Made by a program: the position numbers and the translations under genes | Notes under the pieces: model-generated | Databases searched by the model: none | The model's input: only the letters and a program-made list of their open reading frames with translations | Told to the model about the DNA's origin: nothing | Shown: piece after piece, positions 47,432 to 56,573 of the stretch | How the letters are laid out: each line of letters starts with the position of its first letter | Position numbering within the stretch: the stretch's first letter is position 1 | Virus record (IMG/VR): IMGVR_UViG_3300003962_000013 | Span: 32,001-96,000 of that record | DNA length: 64,000 nucleotides | From: a virus | Lineage: Duplodnaviria; Caudoviricetes | Direction: 5' to 3' (one strand)

Positions 47432-48259
47432 TCAAGATATCAATTCACATCTGGGGATTAAATCAGAAGCTAGATTAAATTTAATTTTAGCATTTAAAAG
47501 AGATTTAAATTCATCATAATTTTCCACACAAATATATTTATTGTTTTTATCAATAATTAATAGTATTTTATCATCTAAATATGTTTTAGCTAAAGCTAAT
47601 CCTATTGAATTATTCAAATCATTTAATGAAGTAAAATTATATTCTATATCTAATCCCGGATATAATGTTTGAAGTAAAGAGATGAAATCTTCTTTGGTTG
47701 GGTTACAATTAAAAATAGATTTTATCCAAGTGGTTTTTTGAGATAAATTAGGATTATATTTAGTTATAAAAGGTTTTAATTTTTCATTATCAAATATATC
47801 CAATTTAGATGTTCTTTTTGAATATTTAGATTCTGAGATTTGGGATTTGCTGTGTTTAATTTCAAAAACAATATTATTTATTAATAAATCTCCTTTCTTA
47901 TTAGGTTTAACAGCATCAGATAATAACACTGATAATGCCATTTCTCCTTTTCCAAATGTAATAGTTTTAGATGTACCAGAAATGTTTATTAATGAATGAA
48001 TAAATGATGGTTTTAAATTTGATTTGCTAAATAATTTAATTAAATCTGTTTCATTAAGTAAGTCTTGATGTGTTATAGTGGGATTATTTAAATATAAATT
48101 TAATTCATATAAATTATTATATTTAATTGCTTTATATATGATAAAATCTATAATATTTAATGGAATATTTTTGTGAAATAAATTTTCCCTAATATTAGTT
48201 TCTATAGAATTAAAAACAATATTAAAACATTTATTAAGAATATTTATTATAAATTTCAT
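47432..48259 (-). CDS. PD-(D/E)xK nuclease-like protein
   Basis: GKGEMALS...GDLL...FEIK; extremely AT-rich. Confidence 0.45.
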   Translation of the reverse strand: MKFIINILNKCFNIVFNSIETNIRENLFHKNIPLNIIDFIIYKAIKYNNLYELNLYLNNPTITHQDLLNETDLIKLFSKSNLKPSFIHSLINISGTSKTITFGKGEMALSVLLSDAVKPNKKGDLLINNIVFEIKHSKSQISESKYSKRTSKLDIFDNEKLKPFITKYNPNLSQKTTWIKSIFNCNPTKEDFISLLQTLYPGLDIEYNFTSLNDLNNSIGLALAKTYLDDKILLIIDKNNKYICVENYDEFKSLLNAKIKFNLASDLIPRCELIS

Positions 48260-48816
48260 TAAGGAGTAACTTCTGGTGTTTCTTCTGGAGGTTCAGTAGT
48301 TGGTTCTTCTGGTTCTTCAATAGGGGTTTCAGGAGCTATAGAAGTATCATCAGTTGATGGAGGAGTTGGTTCTTTATATATAGGTTCTGGGGTTGTAGGT
48401 TGTTGAGGAGTTATTTTAGCTCCATATGATAATATTCTAGCTATTGATTCAACACAATTTTGTTCTTCACTAATATTTAATAGATAATATTTTTTACCTT
48501 CAACTTTCCCAATCCATGTTCTTTCAGTGTAAATCAAATAAAATACTTGATCATTTGCTAATACAACACGAAAAGTAGTAGGACGGGGTGCTACCCATTC
48601 TATATCACTTAAAAATAAATCGTATTGATTAGTAAGTAATTTAACTATAGTAGATTTAAGTGTAGGAAATTTACTCAGTACTGGAAAACGAGTGTCGTCT
48701 AAAGATACTAAGGAAGCATCATCTAAATCTATTTGTTTAGAAGAATCTTCTTGTGATTTAGAGTATTTTTGTTTAACTAAGAATCTAATTTTATCTTTTA
48801 ATTGAGCTTTATTCAT
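48259..48816 (-). CDS. Hypothetical protein with a Pro/Glu/Thr-rich tail
   Basis: 185 aa ORF. Confidence 0.55.
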   Translation of the reverse strand: MNKAQLKDKIRFLVKQKYSKSQEDSSKQIDLDDASLVSLDDTRFPVLSKFPTLKSTIVKLLTNQYDLFLSDIEWVAPRPTTFRVVLANDQVFYLIYTERTWIGKVEGKKYYLLNISEEQNCVESIARILSYGAKITPQQPTTPEPIYKEPTPPSTDDTSIAPETPIEEPEEPTTEPPEETPEVTP

Positions 48817-48828
48817 TGAAGATTAAAT

Positions 48829-49323
48829 TTATTTAGAATCAATTTTTGAATAAGGAGAAACTATACTTTCATAATCTTCCATAGTTAATACTCTTTCTGC
48901 TTTTGATAATTCAATCATATTTTCAGCTACAAAATGTAAATCCATATCTGTTTTAGCATCTTCTCTAGCATATTCCAACATACGAATTAAAAGGGGAATA
49001 TCAAGTTTAATTACATCCTCAGGATTTTTTTCTTTTGGAATAAGAGGTGTAATAGGTGATTTATCTGGTACTGGTTTTCTATTTTTTACAAATATATTAG
49101 AATCAATTTCATCAACCGGTCCTTTAAGGACCTGGGTGATGATTTCTTTGATTTTTAATTTATTTTCTTTTTCAGCCATACGTTTAGCTAAGGTAATAGC
49201 TCTACCAGTCATAACTTTTTCGGCATTTTCTCCATAATCTTTAACAAATTTAGATTTGTTTTGTTTATATTGATTATAGAGTTGGTTTTTCAATTCTAAT
49301 TCTCTTGGAGATAATGCGGGCAT
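48829..49323 (-). CDS. Hypothetical protein, putative internal head protein
   Basis: KIKEIITQVL; DIPLLIRMLEYARED. Confidence 0.55.
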   Translation of the reverse strand: MPALSPRELELKNQLYNQYKQNKSKFVKDYGENAEKVMTGRAITLAKRMAEKENKLKIKEIITQVLKGPVDEIDSNIFVKNRKPVPDKSPITPLIPKEKNPEDVIKLDIPLLIRMLEYAREDAKTDMDLHFVAENMIELSKAERVLTMEDYESIVSPYSKIDSK

Positions 49324-49325
49324 AG

Positions 49326-49499
49326 TTATTTAGTTTTAACTTCAGCAACAGATGCCTTGTTATAGGCTTGAATTACTTTTTTCAATTCTGAAAGAGCTTT
49401 TCTTGCTGCTTGTTTTGATTTTTTAGTTGTTCCTTCGTGATTAGTTTTTGCTGTTTCATACAACCCACTAATTTGTTCAAATAGTTTTTGAGTGTTCAT
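49326..49499 (-). CDS. Histone H1-like (Hc1-type) small DNA-binding protein
   Basis: Manual translation MNTQKLFEQISGLYETAKTNHEGTTKKSKQAARKALSELKKVIQAYNKASVAEVKTK*; matches the K....ARK...E..K.....K.S pattern of Bacteroidota Hc1-like proteins. Confidence 0.65.
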   Translation of the reverse strand: MNTQKLFEQISGLYETAKTNHEGTTKKSKQAARKALSELKKVIQAYNKASVAEVKTK

Positions 49500-49594
49500 A
49501 GTTTTTATTTTTATTTTTATTAATTACAATTTTTTAATAATTACCAGTTCCTGGAAATTCATCTTCGCTTTCATCTCCCATCCCCCACATTTCA

Positions 49595-50149
49595 TCATTT
49601 TTCCTCATCTTTAGGATCATTGTTTATATTAATTTCACTTAATTTTTTATCATCTTTCATATCTTTTTCTAAAGCTTCGATATGCTCAGCATCATCGGCT
49701 TCAGCATCTTTATAATATTTTTTATCTGATTCAGCTACGTTTTGTGTACCTAATACTTGTGTTCTAACAAGCATAGTAATAGTATTACCTATCTGAGCTA
49801 CTAATTTTTCATCACCTAATGCTTTAGCATTTGCTAATGCTTTTTGTAATGAATCTTGGATTGATTTTACTTTTGGATCAATATCAACAGCTGCTGTAGT
49901 ATCTGGTGTAATAGTATCAGTAGGAGTTTCTTCTGTATTTATATCAATATCTACATCTTCTTGTGGGGCTACATCTTCTGCTTTTTTCTTTTTTCTTTTT
50001 GCTTCATCTAATGAATTTATTACTAATTCACGGATTTTATCTTTAATAGAAGAGCTTTCAGATATTATGTCTTTCTTAGTAGTATCATTAACTACTTTAC
50101 CGAAAGCCAATTTCTGCATTTTATTAAACTGTTCGTTATTATTTATCAT
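49595..50149 (-). CDS. Putative internal head protein
   Basis: EQFNKMQKLAFG; IKDKIRELV. Confidence 0.55.
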   Translation of the reverse strand: MINNNEQFNKMQKLAFGKVVNDTTKKDIISESSSIKDKIRELVINSLDEAKRKKKKAEDVAPQEDVDIDINTEETPTDTITPDTTAAVDIDPKVKSIQDSLQKALANAKALGDEKLVAQIGNTITMLVRTQVLGTQNVAESDKKYYKDAEADDAEHIEALEKDMKDDKKLSEININNDPKDEEK

Positions 50150-50187
50150 TGTATTTTTTATTATAAATATTGAAAAATTTAGTAAAT

Positions 50188-50808
50188 TTATTTTTTATCA
50201 TGTAGGTAATCAGTAAGTATTGTACCTATTGCACCTACCTTTTGTCTCAACATTATCCATTCATCTAAAGAAAATTTATGTTCATTTTCATAAAATGAAA
50301 TAATTAATGTACCTATAAAATTATTGTTTAAATCTTTTATTGCTATAACATAAAATGATTTAGTTTTATATTTTTTTCCCACAACTTGAAATAAACCACA
50401 GTCTACAGCATTGTTGGAACATTTAGGAATAGCAATTTCACCTTCTTTATATAAAATAGAAAACATTTTTGGAAACAGGGATACTGGGATATTTTGGAAG
50501 GTAGATTTTATTGATTGAGTATGTTCGGTTGTTTTTTCATAAAATATACTAAATTTTTTAATAGATTTTCCTGTTGGGTAAAAATTACCACCATTATGGA
50601 ATTGGACTATACTAATTCTATCACATTTTAATTCTTCCATTATTAATTCTAATTGGTGATCTACTTTTTCATCTGAAAAAATTGATTCTCCTAATACATC
50701 TTTATTTTTCTTGATAAATTTATTCTTAGCCCATTCAACTGCTAATGGGCCAAGTAGTGCAGTTATTAATGCAACAAAGATAGTGATAAATCCTTGTATC
50801 AATTCCAT
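50188..50808 (-). CDS. T4 gp t-like holin (one TM plus GAF-like domain)
   Basis: N-terminal TM; CDRISIVQFHNGG...KFSIFYE. Confidence 0.55.
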   Translation of the reverse strand: MELIQGFITIFVALITALLGPLAVEWAKNKFIKKNKDVLGESIFSDEKVDHQLELIMEELKCDRISIVQFHNGGNFYPTGKSIKKFSIFYEKTTEHTQSIKSTFQNIPVSLFPKMFSILYKEGEIAIPKCSNNAVDCGLFQVVGKKYKTKSFYVIAIKDLNNNFIGTLIISFYENEHKFSLDEWIMLRQKVGAIGTILTDYLHDKK

Positions 50809-50810
50809 AA

Positions 50811-51380
50811 TTATTTTTTTAAGCTTTGTAAATATTTAATTGTTTCCTCTTTATTCTCTAATAATCTATTTTTTCCTGATCCTAACCATGTTTCTATGTC
50901 TCCAGCTTCTGTGATGAAACTTTCATTTGAATCTAATGATAATTCATCCATCCAAGTACTGTAATCTTTTATTAGTGAATCTATATCTGAGTTAATTATA
51001 TGTTTTTCATATTCTTCCCAAAGTCCTAATTTACGAATATCGGTTTCAAAATCTATCTGACAATTAAAACATCTATTGTATTGAATGTAAAATAATTTAT
51101 CATGTTTATTTTTCATTAAATTGGAGCAACAAGGGCAAAATAAAGGCATCAAAACAGAGTCTTTGGCTTTATCTAGTTTAGTAATATTTTGTTTTATACC
51201 ATTTTCAATAGTCCATGTACGATCGTTTTCTTCCCAAACATCTCCTTCCTCATGAAATTCTTGTTTTTTACTATACCCAATACCTGTCGTAGTTTTTTCT
51301 TGGGTATTACCCTTAACTAAATTACGAAGACGTTGAATATCTTTTTGTTTAAAGTCTTTTTTTAATACGTTTTCAGACAT
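50811..51380 (-). CDS. Hypothetical protein with a Zn ribbon
   Basis: CPCC...CFNC. Confidence 0.6.
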   Translation of the reverse strand: MSENVLKKDFKQKDIQRLRNLVKGNTQEKTTTGIGYSKKQEFHEEGDVWEENDRTWTIENGIKQNITKLDKAKDSVLMPLFCPCCSNLMKNKHDKLFYIQYNRCFNCQIDFETDIRKLGLWEEYEKHIINSDIDSLIKDYSTWMDELSLDSNESFITEAGDIETWLGSGKNRLLENKEETIKYLQSLKK

Positions 51381-51383
51381 ATA

Positions 51384-52142
51384 TTATTTTAATTTATCAT
51401 TTATGAAATGAAAGAATGATGATTTAGTATGATCATTTCCTATTTGTGGGTATTCAGTTTTTAGAATATCATATATTTTAAAAGCTAAATCAGGTTTTAA
51501 AGTAAATAATGAATTTTCATTAAGTAATTCTTTAACTATATTACGTAATTCATTTTCATCAACCAACTTTTTTCCTAAAGAATAATCTTTTCCTGATGTT
51601 AATCCTGCATTTGATAAAATAGATTCTAATTTAGATGTGGTAATAGATATATTGTCTGTAAAAAATTTTATGGCTTCTCTATCTTCTAATTTTTCCCATT
51701 TTAAATCTAATTTGGTTAGTGGTTTATCTATTGTTGAAGAAGCGTATTTTTTTACTATTTCATCATTTGATTTACTTTTTGGTGGAAAACCACTACTTTG
51801 AATTCCGGTGAATTTATCTCCAGTTTCTTTTTCTAATTGTTTATAAAATGGTTCACCGTATTTTTCTTTTTGAGCATCCAAAAGAGCTCTATTTTTCTTA
51901 TTATTTGCAGGTATATTTTTATATCCGTATATATCTAATTCAATGTTTTCTAATTCAGATGATTTTTTAGTAAATACTTTAGTATAGTTTTTAGGATCAT
52001 TTAATATATCTATAATATCATTAATAGAATATTCACCTTTAGCTATTAAAACTAAATCTTTTTTTTCTCTAACATTACCTACACCTGTTTCATCTTCAGA
52101 TGAAGATTCTTGTTCTTTTAATTTATATTTAAATTTTGTCAT
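51384..52142 (-). CDS. Putative internal head protein
   Basis: YKLKEQE; ELRNIVKELLNE. Confidence 0.5.
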   Translation of the reverse strand: MTKFKYKLKEQESSSEDETGVGNVREKKDLVLIAKGEYSINDIIDILNDPKNYTKVFTKKSSELENIELDIYGYKNIPANNKKNRALLDAQKEKYGEPFYKQLEKETGDKFTGIQSSGFPPKSKSNDEIVKKYASSTIDKPLTKLDLKWEKLEDREAIKFFTDNISITTSKLESILSNAGLTSGKDYSLGKKLVDENELRNIVKELLNENSLFTLKPDLAFKIYDILKTEYPQIGNDHTKSSFFHFINDKLK

Positions 52143-52669
52143 AATCCAAGTTTTTTTAATTCATTTATTGTTTGTGTTGTGGATGTAAATAAAATTCCTA
52201 TTCCTCCTCTTCTATTCCATTCTTCAATAGTATCAATTCTATCGTCAATTAATATTTTATTTTTCCCAGCATAGTTTTGTTTTTTTTCTCTATTAGCTAA
52301 GTGGAGAATTGTTCCTGGTATATTTTCTGAAACCCATAATCTTTTTCCATATCTAGAAGATGCTTGTTTAGATGGAGCAGAAAGTAAAGATGGTTTGTAT
52401 TTACTTATATATGACCAAAGTTGTTTACCTTCAGGCATCCATGGAATTTCAGACCAAAATTTATATCCTGCTTTATCTATTAATTCCCAAAATTTATCCA
52501 CTCCATATTTTATTTCATATGCTCGAGGACTCATTCCACCAAATTGTTCAAATCTTTTATCAAAATCACAAATTACACCATCCATATCACAAAATATTAT
52601 ATATTTAGATAGTTGGGAAGCTTTTTCTTCTTCTTTAATTTGTTTGTATATAGTAGTTAATTTATACAT
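52139..52669 (-). CDS. HAD-family 5'(3')-deoxyribonucleotidase
   Basis: IFCDMDGVICDF; LSAP; LIDD. Confidence 0.8.
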   Translation of the reverse strand: MYKLTTIYKQIKEEEKASQLSKYIIFCDMDGVICDFDKRFEQFGGMSPRAYEIKYGVDKFWELIDKAGYKFWSEIPWMPEGKQLWSYISKYKPSLLSAPSKQASSRYGKRLWVSENIPGTILHLANREKKQNYAGKNKILIDDRIDTIEEWNRRGGIGILFTSTTQTINELKKLGL

Positions 52670-53778
52670 TATTTAGAAAACTGGGCTGATGGGTAATTTT
52701 TCTTAGTATAATCAGTCCATACAGCTATTATTTTATCAAATTGTTTTTGGGTTATCACTTCTGATTCTAAAAAATATTGAAGATATTCTTTAAATACTAA
52801 ATCTAATGGTCTTTTTTCTGTTTTAGCCTGTCTATATAAACCACCAACCATTGCTGGGATTTCATCTTTTAAAGTAAAATATCTATGAACTTTACTTGGG
52901 TCATGTTGAATTTCTCCTCTATAATGTGGAGATGTTGGTTTAGCTTTACCAGGAGTATAATTTGTACTAGTAGGATCTTGTAGTGTATGTTCTAATTCAT
53001 GTCTAATAACATCCTGCAATTTGGAATTTAATTTAGTATACGATTCAGGTTCGTATAATGGGTTTAAATTTATTAAAACTTGAATTTCATTAGATTTCTG
53101 ATTAGCATCTACAGCCAATTGAAAATTATATTTAGGGTTTCTTTTTATAAATGTAGTTAGATAGAAAGTATATTTATCTAAATTAATTGTAGTTTTATAT
53201 ACATTTGATGGAGATTTTAGATCTTTAGATTTTTTAATATATTGCCAAATTTTATCTACAATTAATCCAGTAATTCTATCATATTTACCTTCATTTATAG
53301 GTTGGGTTGAAGTGTTTTTAATTGAATCTTCCCAATTTCTAAAAATTATATTTCCTTTTAAATATGCTTCTTCTTCTAATTGTTGTAAATTACCATCCTC
53401 ATTAGTATTATTGGTATTTATATTAGTTAATCTTCCTTCATTATCTTGAATTCTATGAATCATTTCATGAGAAAATGAACGTAATATATCTTTAGGGTGT
53501 CTATTTAATGTATATAAAGTTATAGAACAATTATTTGGATCATAATGAGCAGTTTTACCTAAAATTTTATTAGCGTTTTCTAAATCGTTGTTTTTAATTA
53601 TTAATTTAGGTAAAGGAAATACATTAAGATTTTCATTAGCCATATATTGAACTAATGAAGCTAATGCTTTTTTGAAATCCATAGATTTACCATCATCATT
53701 TGATAAATTTTCGTATAAAGAAATTACATCTTGATCAGAAAGAAGGCTTTCAGTCAATGAATTAATTAGGTGTTCCAT
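52669..53778 (-). CDS. Protein with two HExxH metallopeptidase-like domains
   Basis: SHEMIH and RHELEH, separated by QPINE. Confidence 0.55.
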   Translation of the reverse strand: MEHLINSLTESLLSDQDVISLYENLSNDDGKSMDFKKALASLVQYMANENLNVFPLPKLIIKNNDLENANKILGKTAHYDPNNCSITLYTLNRHPKDILRSFSHEMIHRIQDNEGRLTNINTNNTNEDGNLQQLEEEAYLKGNIIFRNWEDSIKNTSTQPINEGKYDRITGLIVDKIWQYIKKSKDLKSPSNVYKTTINLDKYTFYLTTFIKRNPKYNFQLAVDANQKSNEIQVLINLNPLYEPESYTKLNSKLQDVIRHELEHTLQDPTSTNYTPGKAKPTSPHYRGEIQHDPSKVHRYFTLKDEIPAMVGGLYRQAKTEKRPLDLVFKEYLQYFLESEVITQKQFDKIIAVWTDYTKKNYPSAQFSK

Positions 53779-53829
53779 GGAATTATATATAATCTTAATC
53801 CTTTATAAATATTAGAAAATAATAAAAAA

Positions 53830-54621
53830 TTAATGAGATTTTAATTTAACAGATACAGGGAATTTATTAAATAATGGTTCATCAACAGTATGTTCTAATT
53901 TATATAAATCATATATTTTATTAAATAAATCCCAATTTTCTTCAATACTACGAGGAGAAACATATATCTCCCAACCTTTTCCCTGAATACAAGATGGATC
54001 ATTTGATGGTTTTTTCTTGTGAGATTTTAACCAAATTATCCCAGTATTGGTAATTTTTTCATCAAATGTCTCATTCCAACATATAGCATATGCTGCTAAT
54101 TGTAAATCATAAGATGTATGTAAATTGTTAGAAGTTTTAATATCTAATAACCATAATTTGCCTCTTAATCTAACCACCAAGTCACAAGTTCCTGCTATCT
54201 TATGTTGATCTGAGAATAAATGAATTTCACTTTCTATTAATTCGGGTTTTTCTGTTTCCCAAAATTCAACAAATTTAAGAAACATCTGCCAAACATTTAA
54301 AGAACAAGTAGCATTCCCGTATTCATCTAACCAATCAATTTGGTCACCTGTTAAGTATTTTTCGATTAAACTATGGGTTTGGGTACCTTCATCTGCTGAT
54401 TTTTTTGCTATATATTCGGCATTGTGACCTACATCTTTTAACCAATCTTCAAAAAATTTTCCTTTAGGGAAATATTGAAGGATACTTGTTACTGATGGGT
54501 AATAAGATTCATTTCTTTTATAAAATCTATTATCTAAAAAATTAATTTGTTTCCCATCAGGATCTAATGCTAATATTCTAGTAATATTTTTTTTGTGGAT
54601 TGAGTGTCCTTTTTCTATCAT
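53830..54621 (-). CDS. PD-(D/E)xK exonuclease (Cas4/RecB-like)
   Basis: PSVTSIL; GTQTH; AGTCDL...LDIKTS; QLAAYA. Confidence 0.8.
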   Translation of the reverse strand: MIEKGHSIHKKNITRILALDPDGKQINFLDNRFYKRNESYYPSVTSILQYFPKGKFFEDWLKDVGHNAEYIAKKSADEGTQTHSLIEKYLTGDQIDWLDEYGNATCSLNVWQMFLKFVEFWETEKPELIESEIHLFSDQHKIAGTCDLVVRLRGKLWLLDIKTSNNLHTSYDLQLAAYAICWNETFDEKITNTGIIWLKSHKKKPSNDPSCIQGKGWEIYVSPRSIEENWDLFNKIYDLYKLEHTVDEPLFNKFPVSVKLKSH

Positions 54622-55559
54622 GTTGTTTGAAATTTTTTCTCAAGTAATTTTGAGAATGTTAATGGTAAAGTATTTTGAATTAAATTAGTAAAATTAACAA
54701 ATCCCATATCACTAGGATCTTTTTCATTTAAATCAACTAAATAAACTTCTTTACCTTCGTTCATTAGTTGTTCACAAAAATTTAATGCTTGTTTAATTGC
54801 ATCTTTATCTAATGCTATATATATTTTTTTAACTGATGATGCTATGAGTTTTTTCATTAAACTAGGTTGAATCAATTTACCCAAAAGTGGAATAACATTG
54901 CGTTTAATTGCTATTGCGTCAAACATACCTTCACAAAGTGTAATAGGAGTATTCCAATTTATTAATAATTCTAATCCTATAATATCTTTAGATATTGGAG
55001 GGTTTTTATATTTTAAAGAAGAATTTTTATTAAAATTTCTTGAAATAAAATAATTAAGATTTCCTTCACTATTATATGAAGGAATTATAATCATATTAGA
55101 ATATTCTCCAAATTCACAATATCCTATATTATATTTAATAATATCTTCCTTAGTAATATTTCTGGTTTTTAAATAATATAAAGCATGTTTAGCTGTAAGA
55201 TTATTTGTAGGAGGGTTTATTAATGAAGTAAATTCTTTTGGTAAAGATACTACTGAATTAATATATGATAATTCTGGGGAATCAGTTATTGAATTGGATT
55301 TTAATAATAATTTTAACTGATTTAATTTATCTGAGGATACTTCTAATTTTTTAAATAAAGGGAGTAATTTTTTACCTTTAAATCCACACACCCAACATTG
55401 ATAAGGATTTTCTCCTTTATTATTAGTTGTTAATTGAATTTCTAGTTTTAATTTATGATGTTTACATTTAGGACAATGATAAGCTCTATTACCTCTAGAG
55501 GTAGACTTACCTGTTCCCAAAACTGAATCCATCAAATATATTAAGGCATTGTTATCCAT
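54618..55559 (-). CDS. DnaG-type DNA primase
   Basis: CPKC...CWVC Zn finger; TOPRIM CEGMFDA...ALDKD...KDP. Confidence 0.88.
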   Translation of the reverse strand: MDNNALIYLMDSVLGTGKSTSRGNRAYHCPKCKHHKLKLEIQLTTNNKGENPYQCWVCGFKGKKLLPLFKKLEVSSDKLNQLKLLLKSNSITDSPELSYINSVVSLPKEFTSLINPPTNNLTAKHALYYLKTRNITKEDIIKYNIGYCEFGEYSNMIIIPSYNSEGNLNYFISRNFNKNSSLKYKNPPISKDIIGLELLINWNTPITLCEGMFDAIAIKRNVIPLLGKLIQPSLMKKLIASSVKKIYIALDKDAIKQALNFCEQLMNEGKEVYLVDLNEKDPSDMGFVNFTNLIQNTLPLTFSKLLEKKFQTT

Positions 55560-55594
55560 ATATTATGGATGATAATAAAAAAATTAATAATCTC

Positions 55595-56491
55595 CTAATT
55601 TATATAACAAAAAGTATATCCTTTGTATGTTATATTATTTTTTAAAGATTTATTTATTAAAGTTTTAGATATTTTTAATAATTCATATGCTTCTTGAACT
55701 CCTCTTTCAAAAACTTGATTTGTTTCTTTTAGAATTATTGGTTTGGAAGTTAAACCTTTTGATCTTTGTGTTCTTAAATCCCTATGAGAGGTATCTATTT
55801 TTAATTTCTTATTCAAAATATATTTTACAGTAGCATGATCTAATCCTACTTGCTCTCCTATTTTTTGATGTGAAATATTTTCTTCAAAAAGTTTTTTTAT
55901 AATATCTAAGGTTTCTCCATTCCATTTTTTACCTCTTAATTTATTAGAACCTCTTAATTTTTTAGGAATGATTTCATTTAGGATTTCATAACCTATTTTA
56001 TATTTTGAACATAATTGATCTAAATTAAGTCCACTATTATAATCTTCTAGAATAATTTTATCATCTATTTCTCTAATTTTTATCTTTTCATCAATTAAAA
56101 CTTTTTCATTTAAAATATTTTTAGCATAAACATGCCCTATATGTTTGTTGTAACATAAAGGATTCAATAAATTGTGATTTTCATATATAAAATAATTTTC
56201 GTAATATGTTTGTTCAGATTTAGTTTTACATAATTGAATTATTGTCCTTTTAAAATTTTCTTTTCCATATTTTTTTATATCATCTAATAATATTTTAGAA
56301 CTTCCCCAATATTCTTCCCAATCAGATTTTACTATTTTAATTTTGGAATTTTTTCTTGATTTTAATTTATGTCTTTTTTTAAAAGAAAATTGCTTTTTTC
56401 CAAAATAAAACATCCCATTAATTAAATTTTCAATTTTATATACAAAACCAAAATATTGGCTCTCATCAAATTCTTCTTTATATTCCCACAT
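55595..56491 (-). CDS. Seg-like GIY-YIG homing endonuclease
   Basis: FGFVYKI...YFGKK...YWGSS...GKENFKR. Confidence 0.75.
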   Translation of the reverse strand: MWEYKEEFDESQYFGFVYKIENLINGMFYFGKKQFSFKKRHKLKSRKNSKIKIVKSDWEEYWGSSKILLDDIKKYGKENFKRTIIQLCKTKSEQTYYENYFIYENHNLLNPLCYNKHIGHVYAKNILNEKVLIDEKIKIREIDDKIILEDYNSGLNLDQLCSKYKIGYEILNEIIPKKLRGSNKLRGKKWNGETLDIIKKLFEENISHQKIGEQVGLDHATVKYILNKKLKIDTSHRDLRTQRSKGLTSKPIILKETNQVFERGVQEAYELLKISKTLINKSLKNNITYKGYTFCYIN

Positions 56492-56573
56492 AATTATTAT
56501 TTTATTATAAATATTGGAAGAGGGAATTTTCTATAAAAAGACTTCTATAACTTTATTTTCGTATAACCACATT

